Below, one piece after another: positions 52,741-62,132 of a stretch of 64,000 nucleotides of DNA (position 1 is the first letter of the stretch; each line of letters begins with the position of its first letter). The DNA lies in the NCBI GenBank assembly GCA_963716745.1, contig OY970320.1, positions 1 to 64,000 of the forward strand, read 5' to 3'. The stretch is from an uncultured Gemmatimonadaceae bacterium. GTDB taxonomy: Bacteria; Gemmatimonadota; Gemmatimonadetes; Gemmatimonadales; Gemmatimonadaceae. The position numbers were made by a program, and so were the translations under genes. The notes beneath the pieces are model-generated. The model saw only the letters and a list, made by a program, of their open reading frames with translations. It ran no database searches and was not told the origin of the DNA.

Positions 52741-53714
52741 CGCTCCTGCTCGTGGCGGCGCCCGCGCGCGCGGCGCGCGCGCAAGACGCGAAGATCACGC
52801 GCCTCACGGCGGGACGATTCACCATCATGGCGGGCGATGCGGATCTTCCGCTCGCGCACACCCTGCTCGACAGCGCGGCGGCGCGCGATACGTTCCCCGG
52901 GCTCCCGCGTCCACGCGACGCCGTGCTCATCGCCATCGCCGGCGGTTCGCGCCAATTCCGGGAATGGGCGGGCGCCGGCGCGCCGGAGTGGGGCGCGGCC
53001 GTCGCCATCCCCGGGGAGCGGCGCATCGTGATGCAGGGCAGCCGCGCGGGATCGGACGCCGGCGAACCGGTGTCGGTGCTGCGGCACGAACTCGCGCATC
53101 TCGCGTTGCACGAGGCGATGGGCGATCTGCCGCCGCGCTGGTTCGACGAGGGATACGCGAGCTGGTGCGCGCGCGAGTGGGCGCGCGACGAGGTGCTCGC
53201 CGCGAGCGTCGGCCTCGTCCTGGGCGGCGTGCCCGCGCTCGACTCACTCGACGATGGGTTCACCGGCGGGGCGGTGCGCGCGGGCACCGCGTACGCGCTG
53301 TCGTATCGCGCCGTGGCGGACCTCGCGCAGCTCGACAGCGTGCGCGGGCTGTCGCTCTTCCTGGAACGGTGGCGCGCGACGGGCTCGATGGACCGCGCGA
53401 TGCGCGAGGCGTACGGACTCACGAAATCGTCGTTCGAGCAATCCTGGCGCGCGCGCACGATGCGCCGCTACGGTGCGCTGGCGATCCTCGCGAATCTCAC
53501 GGCGCTCACCGCGATCCTCGGCGTAGTGCTCATCCCGCTGTATGCGGCGCGGCGCCGGCGCGACCGCCGCCGTCTCGACGCGATGCGGGCGGCTGAGGAG
53601 GCGGCCGAGCGCGCGGCGCGGCAGAGTGCGATCGAGGCCCTGCTCGCGAGCGCCCGACCGGACCGTGCGCCACCCCGCGATGGCGAAGCGCCGCCCGGGT
53701 CGAACGAGCCCTAA
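52719..53714 (+). CDS. Peptidase MA-like metallopeptidase with signal peptide and C-terminal TM (start codon unclear)
   Basis: HELAH plus PRWFDEGYA gluzincin motif; hydrophobic N-terminus and C-terminal TM. Confidence 0.75.
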   Translation, partial: RALAIVLALLLVAAPARAARAQDAKITRLTAGRFTIMAGDADLPLAHTLLDSAAARDTFPGLPRPRDAVLIAIAGGSRQFREWAGAGAPEWGAAVAIPGERRIVMQGSRAGSDAGEPVSVLRHELAHLALHEAMGDLPPRWFDEGYASWCAREWARDEVLAASVGLVLGGVPALDSLDDGFTGGAVRAGTAYALSYRAVADLAQLDSVRGLSLFLERWRATGSMDRAMREAYGLTKSSFEQSWRARTMRRYGALAILANLTALTAILGVVLIPLYAARRRRDRRRLDAMRAAEEAAERAARQSAIEALLASARPDRAPPRDGEAPPGSNEP

Positions 53715-53733
53715 CTGCCCACCGCATCGTTGC

Positions 53734-53762
53734 TTGACACTGCCAGCGGGGCGGCCTATCCT
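53734..53762 (+). promoter_or_regulatory. Sigma70 promoter
   Basis: TTGACA-N17-TATCCT. Confidence 0.7.
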
Positions 53763-53771
53763 TTAGAACTT

Positions 53772-53942
53772 ATGCAGAAAACGGAATCGAAACCGCGCAT
53801 GAAGGCGGCACTCTGGTGGTCGCTCGCGGCGCTTGCGCTCGTCGTTGGCTATGCGGACCTCGTCCGTGGCGGCGACACCATCGCTCCGGTGCTCCTCGTG
53901 ATCGGCTATTGCGTGCTGGTCCCGGTGGCGATTCTCACGTAG
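53772..53942 (+). CDS. Small two-TM membrane protein
   Basis: 56-aa ORF with two hydrophobic helices just after the promoter. Confidence 0.55.
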   Translation: MQKTESKPRMKAALWWSLAALALVVGYADLVRGGDTIAPVLLVIGYCVLVPVAILT

Positions 53943-53968
53943 TTTCCCCCGTCGCCGACGATCGCGTA

Positions 53969-54042
53969 GGGCGAATAGCTCAGCTGGTTAGAGCGCCTGC
54001 CTTACACGCAGGATGTCGGGGGTTCGAATCCCTCTTCGCCCA
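53969..54042 (+). tRNA. tRNA-Val (TAC)
   Basis: Acceptor stem gggcgaa/ttcgccc, anticodon arm cctgc-ctTACac-gcagg, T loop gttcgaatc; CCA not encoded. Confidence 0.96.
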
Positions 54043-54120
54043 TTCAGAGTCCCGCCGGACCTGCAATGTCGCGGTGGGGGTATCAGAATACACATTCGGA
54101 GGTTTGCGCCCGTGAAGGCA

Positions 54121-55911
54121 ATGAATCGTGGTCCCGTCGCACTCTTCGCGCTCCTCGCTGCGGCGGCCGCCGCCGTGGGCCCGCTCGCCGCACAGAAGTC
54201 CGGCGAGGAGGTGCCGCGCCTGATGGTCCTGCCGTTCCGCGGGAACGAGAAGGGCCTCGGACCGCAGGCATCCGAAGAGGTCCGCCAGCACATCGCGTCG
54301 GATGTGAGCGTCAAGCAACTCGCGGTGATCGCGAAGACCACGGTGTGTGCGAACCTCGAGGCGTCGGGCTTCAGCTGCGATAGCGCGCCCAATGCGCTCA
54401 CCGCCCGGCTGCTCGCGACCACGCTGCGCACGGAAGAGTACGTCGAAGGCAACGTCACGAAGACGGGAGCGGCCTACAAGCTCGACGTCCGCTACTACGT
54501 CACCGGCTTCATCGATTTTGCGCAGCCGCTGCCCTCCGTGAGCGGTACCAAGCTCGGTGATCTCGCATCGCAGGTCTCCAAGTCGTTCCAGGCATCGCGC
54601 AAGCAGGTGCCCGACTTCGTGAACTGCATGCACAAGTATCAGAACAACGATCTCGACGGCGCGATCCTCTCGGCGCGCGCCGCCATCACGATCTATCCCA
54701 GTTCGACCATCGGCCGCGTTTGCCTGGCGAACGCCTGGGTGAAGAAGGACTACAACAGCGATTCGATCGTCGTCGTCGCGACGCGGGTCACCGAGCTCGA
54801 TCCGCGGAACAAGCTTGCGTGGGATATCCTCGGCGAGGAGTTCCGCAAACGGGGCCAGGCGGCGAAGGCGGCCGGCCAGCAGGACAGCGCGCGCTTCTAT
54901 CTCACGAAGGCCGTGGAAGCGTGGGGCAACCTGATCGCGATCGATCCGAAGAACCCGCAGCTGGTCTCGCGCGTCGTGAACCTCATCGGCGCAAGCGGGT
55001 ACGCGGCGGCGGCCAAGCCGATCATCATCAAGGCGGTCGATGAGAATCCGGGCGACCCCGATCTCATCAAGCTCGAGTGGCAGATCCTGCTCGCCACGCG
55101 CGACACCGTGGACACGCGCCGCGCGACGGTGATCGGTGAAGAGATGGTACGGGTCGATACCTCGGCCGCCGACACCACCTTCTTCATTCGCCAGGCGGCC
55201 GCGTACGCGCAGCTGCAGGAAGTGAAGCAGGCGGTCACTACGACGTCCACCGGCCTCGCGAAATTCCCGCTCAATCCGACGCTCTGGGCGATCAACTCGC
55301 AGGTGCAACGCCTCGCCGGCAATCCGCAGGCGGCGCTCAATGCGGCGAACCAGCTCATCAAGCTCGATTCCAGCAACAGTCACCCGTACATCCTCGCGGC
55401 GCAGGCGAACATCGACTTGCAGCGGCCCGACCAGGCGATCGCCATGATCCGGCTGGCGCTGAAGCCGCCGAAGGGTCCCGCCAAGTCGGGGCCCGATTCG
55501 GTGCATGCGGCGCAGCAGTTGAGCACCGACTCCGCCATCGCCGGCAAGCAGCTCCTACTCGTCGTGGGCAACCAGGCGTACAAGGCCGCCAAGGCGGCCC
55601 AGCCCCAGAATGCGGAGGACTACAAGCGCGCGGTCGCGATCCTGTCGCTCGACGACAGCATCGCGCCGAGCCCGCAGGCGAAGTTCGTGAAGGGCCTCGC
55701 CGCGTTCTCGGTGGGTGACATGGCGGTGCGTGCGAACGTGACGGCGAAGCGGTGCGATCTGGCGAAGGAGGCGCAGGACTATCTCCTCATCGCGCAGATC
55801 AACGTCGCCGCCGGTGGCTCGATCGACGCGAAGGTCGCGCAGCAGATCCTCGGTGCGCTGCAGCAGTACACCCCCGCCGTCGACGGACAGCTGAAGAAAT
55901 TCTGCAAGTGA
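54121..55911 (+). CDS. Exported TPR-like helical protein
   Basis: Signal peptide (PLAAQ), CsgG/TolB-like N-terminus (LMVLPF), helical repeats, paired Cys. Confidence 0.75.
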   Translation: MNRGPVALFALLAAAAAAVGPLAAQKSGEEVPRLMVLPFRGNEKGLGPQASEEVRQHIASDVSVKQLAVIAKTTVCANLEASGFSCDSAPNALTARLLATTLRTEEYVEGNVTKTGAAYKLDVRYYVTGFIDFAQPLPSVSGTKLGDLASQVSKSFQASRKQVPDFVNCMHKYQNNDLDGAILSARAAITIYPSSTIGRVCLANAWVKKDYNSDSIVVVATRVTELDPRNKLAWDILGEEFRKRGQAAKAAGQQDSARFYLTKAVEAWGNLIAIDPKNPQLVSRVVNLIGASGYAAAAKPIIIKAVDENPGDPDLIKLEWQILLATRDTVDTRRATVIGEEMVRVDTSAADTTFFIRQAAAYAQLQEVKQAVTTTSTGLAKFPLNPTLWAINSQVQRLAGNPQAALNAANQLIKLDSSNSHPYILAAQANIDLQRPDQAIAMIRLALKPPKGPAKSGPDSVHAAQQLSTDSAIAGKQLLLVVGNQAYKAAKAAQPQNAEDYKRAVAILSLDDSIAPSPQAKFVKGLAAFSVGDMAVRANVTAKRCDLAKEAQDYLLIAQINVAAGGSIDAKVAQQILGALQQYTPAVDGQLKKFCK

Positions 55912-55934
55912 CGGGTGCCGGAGTGCCCGACGCG

Positions 55935-55972
55935 CGAGCGCCCGCCGGGATCCGGCGGGCGCTCGTCGTTTA
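55935..55972 (+). terminator. Intrinsic terminator-like hairpin
   Basis: cgagcgcccgccgg-gat-ccggcgggcgctcg followed by tcgttt. Confidence 0.7.
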
Positions 55973-55991
55973 AGCCTTTGCGAGGTCGTGC

Positions 55992-56942
55992 ATGACGGGT
56001 ACGGCGGTGGACGGCAGCGGTTGGGCGAGCGAGTACCACGCGCCGGTGCTCGCGGCGGAGGTCCTCGCGCTGCTCGAGGGTGCGCACCGTGTCCTCGACG
56101 GCACGCTCGGCGGAGGCGGACATGCGCTCGCGCTGCTCGAGCGTGGCGCCCACGTCACCGGCTTCGACCGCGACCCGCGCGCGATCGCCGCGGCGCGTGA
56201 CCGGCTGGCCGCGTTCGCTGCGCGTGGCGCCTTCGAGGCGACTCAGGCGAATTTCTCGGACGAGGATGCGGTGGCCGTCGCGGCCGGGCCCGGATTCGAT
56301 GCGGTGCTGCTCGACCTCGGCGTCTCCTCCCGGCAGTTGGACGACGAGTCGCGCGGATTCTCCTTTCGCGCCGGCGCACCGCTCGACATGCGCATGGGCG
56401 ACGACAGTCTCGAGAGCGGTGCGGAGTGGCTCGACCGCGCGGACGAGACGGAACTGACCCACGCGTTCCGCGAGTACGCCGATGAACCGCGGGCCGGCCG
56501 CTTGGCGCGCGAGGTCATGCGGCGACGGGCCACGAGGCCCTACGCGACGAGCGACGATCTCGTGGGCGCGATCCGGGGCGCACTGGGGCCGCGCACCGGG
56601 CCGCCCGATTTCGCGCGCCTCTTCCAGGCGGTGCGGATCGCCGTGAATGGCGAGCTCGAGGGGCTCGAGCGCGCGCTGCCGATGCTGCGCGACCGGCTCG
56701 TGCCGGGCGGGACGCTCGCGGTGATCAGCTATCACTCGGGCGAGGACCGTCTCGTGAAGCACGCGTTCCGGGAGTGGAGCGCGGCCTGTGTGTGCCCGCC
56801 GCGGCAGCCGGTGTGCACCTGCCGCGGCCACGCGCTGGGCACGACGCTCACGCGCAAGGCCGTCGTTGCGGGCGCACTCGAGATTGCAAGCAACCCGCGC
56901 GCTCGCAGCGCACGGCTCCGCGCATGGCGAAAGGGCGCGTAA
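55992..56942 (+). CDS. rsmH: 16S rRNA m4C1402 methyltransferase
   Basis: HAPVL, DGTLGGGGH, DLGVSS, FQAVRIAVN and NPRARSA motifs. Confidence 0.96.
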   Translation: MTGTAVDGSGWASEYHAPVLAAEVLALLEGAHRVLDGTLGGGGHALALLERGAHVTGFDRDPRAIAAARDRLAAFAARGAFEATQANFSDEDAVAVAAGPGFDAVLLDLGVSSRQLDDESRGFSFRAGAPLDMRMGDDSLESGAEWLDRADETELTHAFREYADEPRAGRLAREVMRRRATRPYATSDDLVGAIRGALGPRTGPPDFARLFQAVRIAVNGELEGLERALPMLRDRLVPGGTLAVISYHSGEDRLVKHAFREWSAACVCPPRQPVCTCRGHALGTTLTRKAVVAGALEIASNPRARSARLRAWRKGA

Positions 56943-57298
56943 CGGGAGGCGGCACGACGCCGCCGCGCTCGCAGGCGTCGCGCACGGGGAAGCGTCGCCG
57001 TGCGGGCGGCGCCGCACCGCGCGGCCGCACGTGGGTCGCGCTCGTGATCGCCGGTTTCCTCCTGCTGCTATTGGGCGTCATTTGGAGGAGGGCAGTGGGC
57101 CGTGCGCAGGCGCTCGAGCTGCAGGTGCTCGAGGCGCGGCGCACGCAGTTGGACGCACAGCGTTCGCAGCTCGAGAGCGACATCCGCGATCTCTCGAGCA
57201 GGGCGAAGCTGGCGCCGGCTGCCGAGAGCCGCCTCCACATGCACGTTCCGAACGACACCGAGCTCGTCATCCTTCGCCGGACGCCGCGCACGCCCTAA
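56924..57298 (+). CDS. ftsL: Cell division protein FtsL-like
   Basis: Basic N-terminus, one TM and a coiled coil, between rsmH and ftsI. Confidence 0.75.
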   Translation: MAKGRVTGGGTTPPRSQASRTGKRRRAGGAAPRGRTWVALVIAGFLLLLLGVIWRRAVGRAQALELQVLEARRTQLDAQRSQLESDIRDLSSRAKLAPAAESRLHMHVPNDTELVILRRTPRTP

Positions 57299-59299
57299 AT
57301 GCTTCGCCCCAGTCGCCTCGCGCTCTTGCACGCGCTGCTCGTCCTCTTCGCTATCGCGCTCGTCGGGCGCGCGGGACAGGTGCAACTGTGGCAGCGGGGA
57401 CTTTGGGAAGCGCGCTCCGAAGCGCAGCACTTGAAGCCGGTGGAACTCCCGGCGCCGCGCGGCGACATCTTCGACGAGCGCGGGCATCCGCTCGCGGTCA
57501 CGCGTCCCGCCGTGCGACTTGGCGTAGCGCCGCGCGAGATCTTGCACGCCGACAGCGCGATGCGCGCGATGGCCCGCATGGGCGTGCCGGCCGACCTCAT
57601 GCGCCGCGCGGTGGACACGTCGAACGCGTGGGTACAGTTCCCCGGTCTCTACGCCCCGGCGCGCGCGGCGGGCTTCATGGCAATGCGCGGGGTGTACGCC
57701 GAGCCGACGCTCGAGCGCGTGTACACCGCGCGCGAGGCGACGCAGCGCGTGGTGGGCGTGGTGGATGGCGCGGGCGCGCCGGTGGATGGACTCGAGCTCG
57801 CGCTCGACACGGTGCTGCACGGCACGCCGGGGCGCGCGACGCTCGAGCGCCTCACGCGCGGCGGCCGCTTCGTGCTGGCCGGCGACACCGCGCTGCCGCC
57901 GCGCGCGGGTGATGTCGTGGTACTCACGATCAACGAGTCGCTGCAGGAGATCGCGCAGCGCGCGCTGGATTCCGCGGTGGCGGCGAGCGGTGCGAGCGGC
58001 GGCGATCTCGTGGTGCTCGACCCGGACGATGGCGAGATCCGCGCGATGGCGAGCCGGCGCCGCGATCCGCGCTCAGCGGGGAGCCCGGCGCTCGCCGAAC
58101 CGTTCGAGCCCGGCTCGACGCTCAAGCCGCTCATCGTCGCGTCGCTGCTCAGCGCGGGGCGCGCGCAGCCCGACGAGCGCATGAACACCGAGGGCGGCAA
58201 GTGGACCGTGGCGGGACGCACCATCACCGATGAGCATCCCGCGCCTTCGCTCACGCTGCGCGAAGTGATCCGCTGGTCGAGCAACATCGGGATCGTGAAG
58301 TTCTCCTCGCGCCTCTCGTCGCACGAGGAGTACGGCGTGCTGCGCGATTTCGGCTTCGGCACGGTGACCGGCGTCCCGTTCCCGTCGGAGGCGTCGGGCA
58401 CGCTGCGCGCGCCGGCGGCGTGGTCGAAGCAGTCGCCGGCGTCGCTCGCGATGGGCTACGAAGTGGCCGTGACGCCGCTGCAGCTCGCGGCGGCGTACGT
58501 GCCGATCGCGAACGGCGGCGAACTGCTCGAACCCGCGCTCGTGAAGGAGATCCGCGCGGCCGACGGCACGGTGCTGTACCGTCACCAGCGCCGCGTGGTG
58601 CGGCGCGTGATCGATCCCGCTTCGGCGGCGGCCGTGCGCGCCATGATGATCGACGTGGTGGACCTCGGCACCTCGCAGAGCGCCGCGATCCGCGGCTTCC
58701 AGATCGCCGGCAAGAGCGGAACCTCGCGCCGCGCGGCGCCGGGCACGCACGCCGGCTATACGGCGGGGCACTATACCGCGTCGTTCGTGGCGCTCTTCCC
58801 GGCCGAGCATCCGCAGTACGTGATGCTGGTGAAGCTCGACGATCCGCCGCGTCAGTATTTCGGCGGCCGGGCCGCGGCTCCCGTATCGAAGCTCGTGATC
58901 GAGGCGGCGCTCGCATCGCGCGATGCCTCGCTCGATCGCGACGCGTTGGCGGCGGAGTCGCTGAATTCCGGGGAAGCGGGCATCGCCCATCGTGCATCGT
59001 TCATCGCAAACCGTGCCGATTCCGATGCAGTTGCGATGCCCGATGCCCGAAGCACGATGCCCGACACAGCTATTTCTTTCGACATCGGCAGCCTCGTGCA
59101 CCCATCCGTCGCGGGTTCATCCGCGCACGCGGTTCCCGCCGTGAAGGGCCTGAGCATTCGCGCCGCCGTATTGGCGCTGCATCGCGCCGGATTCCGCGTG
59201 CAGGTCGGGAACGTCGGCGCGTCCGCGTCGGGTACGGTGCCGGCGGCCGGTGCCGCGCTCAAGTCCGGCGCGATCGTCCGCGTCGTGAGCGGGCCGTGA
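57299..59299 (+). CDS. ftsI: Class B PBP (FtsI) with C-terminal PASTA-like domain
   Basis: RGDIFD, EPGSTLK (SxxK), SSN and KSG motifs. Confidence 0.93.
   Translation: MLRPSRLALLHALLVLFAIALVGRAGQVQLWQRGLWEARSEAQHLKPVELPAPRGDIFDERGHPLAVTRPAVRLGVAPREILHADSAMRAMARMGVPADLMRRAVDTSNAWVQFPGLYAPARAAGFMAMRGVYAEPTLERVYTAREATQRVVGVVDGAGAPVDGLELALDTVLHGTPGRATLERLTRGGRFVLAGDTALPPRAGDVVVLTINESLQEIAQRALDSAVAASGASGGDLVVLDPDDGEIRAMASRRRDPRSAGSPALAEPFEPGSTLKPLIVASLLSAGRAQPDERMNTEGGKWTVAGRTITDEHPAPSLTLREVIRWSSNIGIVKFSSRLSSHEEYGVLRDFGFGTVTGVPFPSEASGTLRAPAAWSKQSPASLAMGYEVAVTPLQLAAAYVPIANGGELLEPALVKEIRAADGTVLYRHQRRVVRRVIDPASAAAVRAMMIDVVDLGTSQSAAIRGFQIAGKSGTSRRAAPGTHAGYTAGHYTASFVALFPAEHPQYVMLVKLDDPPRQYFGGRAAAPVSKLVIEAALASRDASLDRDALAAESLNSGEAGIAHRASFIANRADSDAVAMPDARSTMPDTAISFDIGSLVHPSVAGSSAHAVPAVKGLSIRAAVLALHRAGFRVQVGNVGASASGTVPAAGAALKSGAIVRVVSGP
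58978..59062. repeat. In-frame heptamer palindrome inside ftsI
   Basis: Four nnCATCG units (58978-59009) and the inverted arm (59031-59062); 32 bp with 6 mismatches. Confidence 0.8.
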
Positions 59300-60765
59300 A
59301 GCCCTTCGCCACCGCGCGCGTCGCGGACGCGCTCAAGCGGGCGGGGCTGCTCGTGGAGATCACCGGCGCGCTTCCCGAGCGCGCGGGCGACATCACCGAC
59401 GACAGCCGCGCGGTGACCACCGGCGCGATGTTCATCGCGGTGAAGGGCTCGATGCAGGACGGCCACGAATATCTCGAGGACGCGGCGGGTCGCGGCGCAT
59501 CGGTCGCGATCGTCGAGCAGCCGGGGCGCACCGCGCTGCCGTCCATCGTCGTGCGCGAAGGCCGGCGCGCCGCCGCCATCGCCGCCGCCGCGGCGTTCGA
59601 GGAGCCGGCGAATGCGCTGCGCATCGCGGCCGTCACGGGCACGAACGGCAAGACCACCACGGTCGGCATCCTGCGGCATCTGCTCGACGCGCCGGGCGCG
59701 CGCTCGGCGTCGATCGGCACGCTGGGCGTATTGCTCGGCAGCGCCGGCACGCCGGTGGAAGGCGGCGCGGGACTCACGACGCCCGGCCCTGTGGAGCTGC
59801 AGCGCGTGCTGCGTGCGCTCGTGGACCAGGGCGTGCGCTCGGTAGCGATGGAAGTCTCGTCGCACTCGCTCGACCAGCGGCGCATCGACGGACTGAAGTT
59901 CGAGGTGGCCGTGTTCACGAACCTTACGCGCGACCATCTCGACTATCACGAGACGATGGACGCGTACTTCTCGGCGAAGGCGCGGCTCATCGAGTATCTC
60001 ACGCCGCGCGGCGCGGCCGTGATCAACGGCGACGACCCGGCGTGGGAGCGTCTGCCGCCCGCGCCCTGCGTCATCACGTTCGGGCTCGGGCCCCTCGCGA
60101 CCGTGCGCGCCGAAGCCGTGCATTACCAGCCGCGCGGCAGCGAATGGCGGTTGTGCGCCGGTACGCAGCGCCACGCCCTGCGCTTGCCGCTCATCGGCGA
60201 TTTCAATGTGCGCAACGCGCTGGCCGCGGCGGGCGCGGCGTGGCACCTGGGTCTCACCTTCAGCGCGATCGCGGCGCGGCTGCGCACGGTGCCGCAGGTA
60301 CCGGGCCGCCTCGAGGTGATCCACGAGTGTCCCACCGTGCTGCGCGATTACGCGCACACGCCCGATGCGCTCGAACGCGCGCTCGCGGCGGTGCGTCCGT
60401 TCACGCGCCGGAAGCTCATCGTGGTGTTCGGATGCGGCGGCGATCGCGACCGCGGCAAGCGCCCCACCATGGGCGCCATCGCCGAGAGCAAGGCCGACAT
60501 GGTGATCCTCACGAGCGACAATCCGCGCACCGAGGATCCCGACGAGATCCTGGATGGCATCGAGCGCGGAATGCGCCGTGACAATCACGAGCGCCTCGAG
60601 GACCGGCGGCTTGCGATCGCGCGCGCGCTCGAGATCGCCCGCGCCAACGACGACGTGATCCTCCTCGCGGGCAAGGGGCACGAGACCTATCAGATCCGTG
60701 GCACGGCGCGCCTCCCGTTCGACGAGAAGGCGATCGTCGCCGAGCTGACGGGAGCCGTCGCGTGA
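59296..60765 (+). CDS. murE: UDP-MurNAc-dipeptide:meso-DAP ligase
   Basis: TGTNGKTT, MEVSSH, DYAHTPD, DNPR and AGKGHE motifs. Confidence 0.96.
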   Translation: MKPFATARVADALKRAGLLVEITGALPERAGDITDDSRAVTTGAMFIAVKGSMQDGHEYLEDAAGRGASVAIVEQPGRTALPSIVVREGRRAAAIAAAAAFEEPANALRIAAVTGTNGKTTTVGILRHLLDAPGARSASIGTLGVLLGSAGTPVEGGAGLTTPGPVELQRVLRALVDQGVRSVAMEVSSHSLDQRRIDGLKFEVAVFTNLTRDHLDYHETMDAYFSAKARLIEYLTPRGAAVINGDDPAWERLPPAPCVITFGLGPLATVRAEAVHYQPRGSEWRLCAGTQRHALRLPLIGDFNVRNALAAAGAAWHLGLTFSAIAARLRTVPQVPGRLEVIHECPTVLRDYAHTPDALERALAAVRPFTRRKLIVVFGCGGDRDRGKRPTMGAIAESKADMVILTSDNPRTEDPDEILDGIERGMRRDNHERLEDRRLAIARALEIARANDDVILLAGKGHETYQIRGTARLPFDEKAIVAELTGAVA

Positions 60766-62132
60766 CCGCTCCGGTCGGGTTCTGGACGCTCGACCGGGTG
60801 GGTGCGGCGCTGGCACGGGAGCTCACGGGAGCGCGGCCCGCGGGGCACGAAGCGATCCGCGGTATCACGACCGACACGCGCGCACTGCAGGCCGGCGACT
60901 GCTTCGTCGCGCTGCGCGGTGAACGGTTCGACGCGCATGAGTTCCTGGCGGGCGCGGTGGCGTCGGGCGCCGCAGCCGTCGTGATCGACCGGCCGGTGCT
61001 CGCGCGCGCGCTTGGCGTGCCGGTGTTCGCGGTGCGCGACACGCTCGCGGCGCTCGGTGCCCTCGCGCATTTCCGGCGCCGCGCCTGGGGCGGTCCGGTG
61101 CTCGGCGTCGGCGGTTCGGCGGGGAAGACCACCACGAAGGATCTGCTCGCGGCCGCGCTCGGTGCGCGGCTCGACGTGCACGCCACGAGCGGGAATCTCA
61201 ACAATCTCATCGGCGTGCCGCTCACGCTGCTCGCGATGCCTGATCACAGCGACGTCGCGGTGGTCGAGATGGGGATGAACGTGCCCGGCGAGATGGAGCG
61301 ACTGCGCGGCATCGCGGCGCCCGACCTCGCGATCGTGACGGGCGTGTCGGAGGAGCATCTCGAAGGACTGGGCAGCCTGGACGGCGTGATGCGCGAGGAG
61401 ACGGCCATCTTCGACGGCGCCTCGATCGCGATCACGCCCGCGGCGCAGCCCGAGATCGCCGCGGCGGCCAAGGGGCGCGCTCGCCGCGTCATCCAAGTGG
61501 GTCTCGGTGAAGGCGACGTACGCGCCACGCGCTGGTCGATCGGCGCCGACGGGTTGGGCGAGATCCTGTTCGAAGGCGCCACGGTGCGGCCGCCGGCGCG
61601 CGGCGAACACAATCTGCGCAACGCGATGCTCGCGCTCGCGGCGGCGCGCGAGTGCGGCGTGAGCGCGGAAGACGCCGCGCGCGGCATGGCGGGCGCGAAG
61701 CTCTCCAAGATGCGCGTGTCGTGGGAGCCGCTGGGCAACGCGACGCTCATCAACGACGCCTACAATGCGAGCCCCGCGTCGATGCGCGCCGCGCTCGACC
61801 TGCTCGCGGGTTCGGGCGGTGGGCGCCAGCGTGTGGCGGTACTCGGCGGCATGCGCGAACTCGGCGCGCACGCGGCGCGGCTGCACGATGAGGTGGCGCG
61901 GTACGCGCTCGCGTCGAAGGCCGAAGTGATCGCCGGGATCGGCGAGCTCGGTGCGGCGCTCCGGGATGCGGGGCGCGATGACCCGCGCGTGGTTACGGCG
62001 CGCGACATCGACGACCTGTGGCCGGCGCTGGAGCCGCGCCTCAAGCGGGATGCGGTTATCCTTCTCAAGGCATCGCGCGGCGTGCAGCTCGAACGCCTCC
62101 TTCCGCAACTCAACGCCTGGTCTGTGCGCTAG
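60762..62132 (+). CDS. murF: UDP-MurNAc-tripeptide:D-Ala-D-Ala ligase
   Basis: GSAGKTTTK, NLNNLIG, DAYNASP and LKASRG motifs. Confidence 0.96.
   Translation: MTAPVGFWTLDRVGAALARELTGARPAGHEAIRGITTDTRALQAGDCFVALRGERFDAHEFLAGAVASGAAAVVIDRPVLARALGVPVFAVRDTLAALGALAHFRRRAWGGPVLGVGGSAGKTTTKDLLAAALGARLDVHATSGNLNNLIGVPLTLLAMPDHSDVAVVEMGMNVPGEMERLRGIAAPDLAIVTGVSEEHLEGLGSLDGVMREETAIFDGASIAITPAAQPEIAAAAKGRARRVIQVGLGEGDVRATRWSIGADGLGEILFEGATVRPPARGEHNLRNAMLALAAARECGVSAEDAARGMAGAKLSKMRVSWEPLGNATLINDAYNASPASMRAALDLLAGSGGGRQRVAVLGGMRELGAHAARLHDEVARYALASKAEVIAGIGELGAALRDAGRDDPRVVTARDIDDLWPALEPRLKRDAVILLKASRGVQLERLLPQLNAWSVR

Noticed and set aside
53969..55911. tRNA-Val as an integration site for an island
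   Set aside because: No integrase, no duplicated tRNA 3' end and no compositional shift seen downstream.
56786..56822. CVC...CTC cysteine cluster in RsmH
   Set aside because: A common feature of many RsmH proteins, not unusual.
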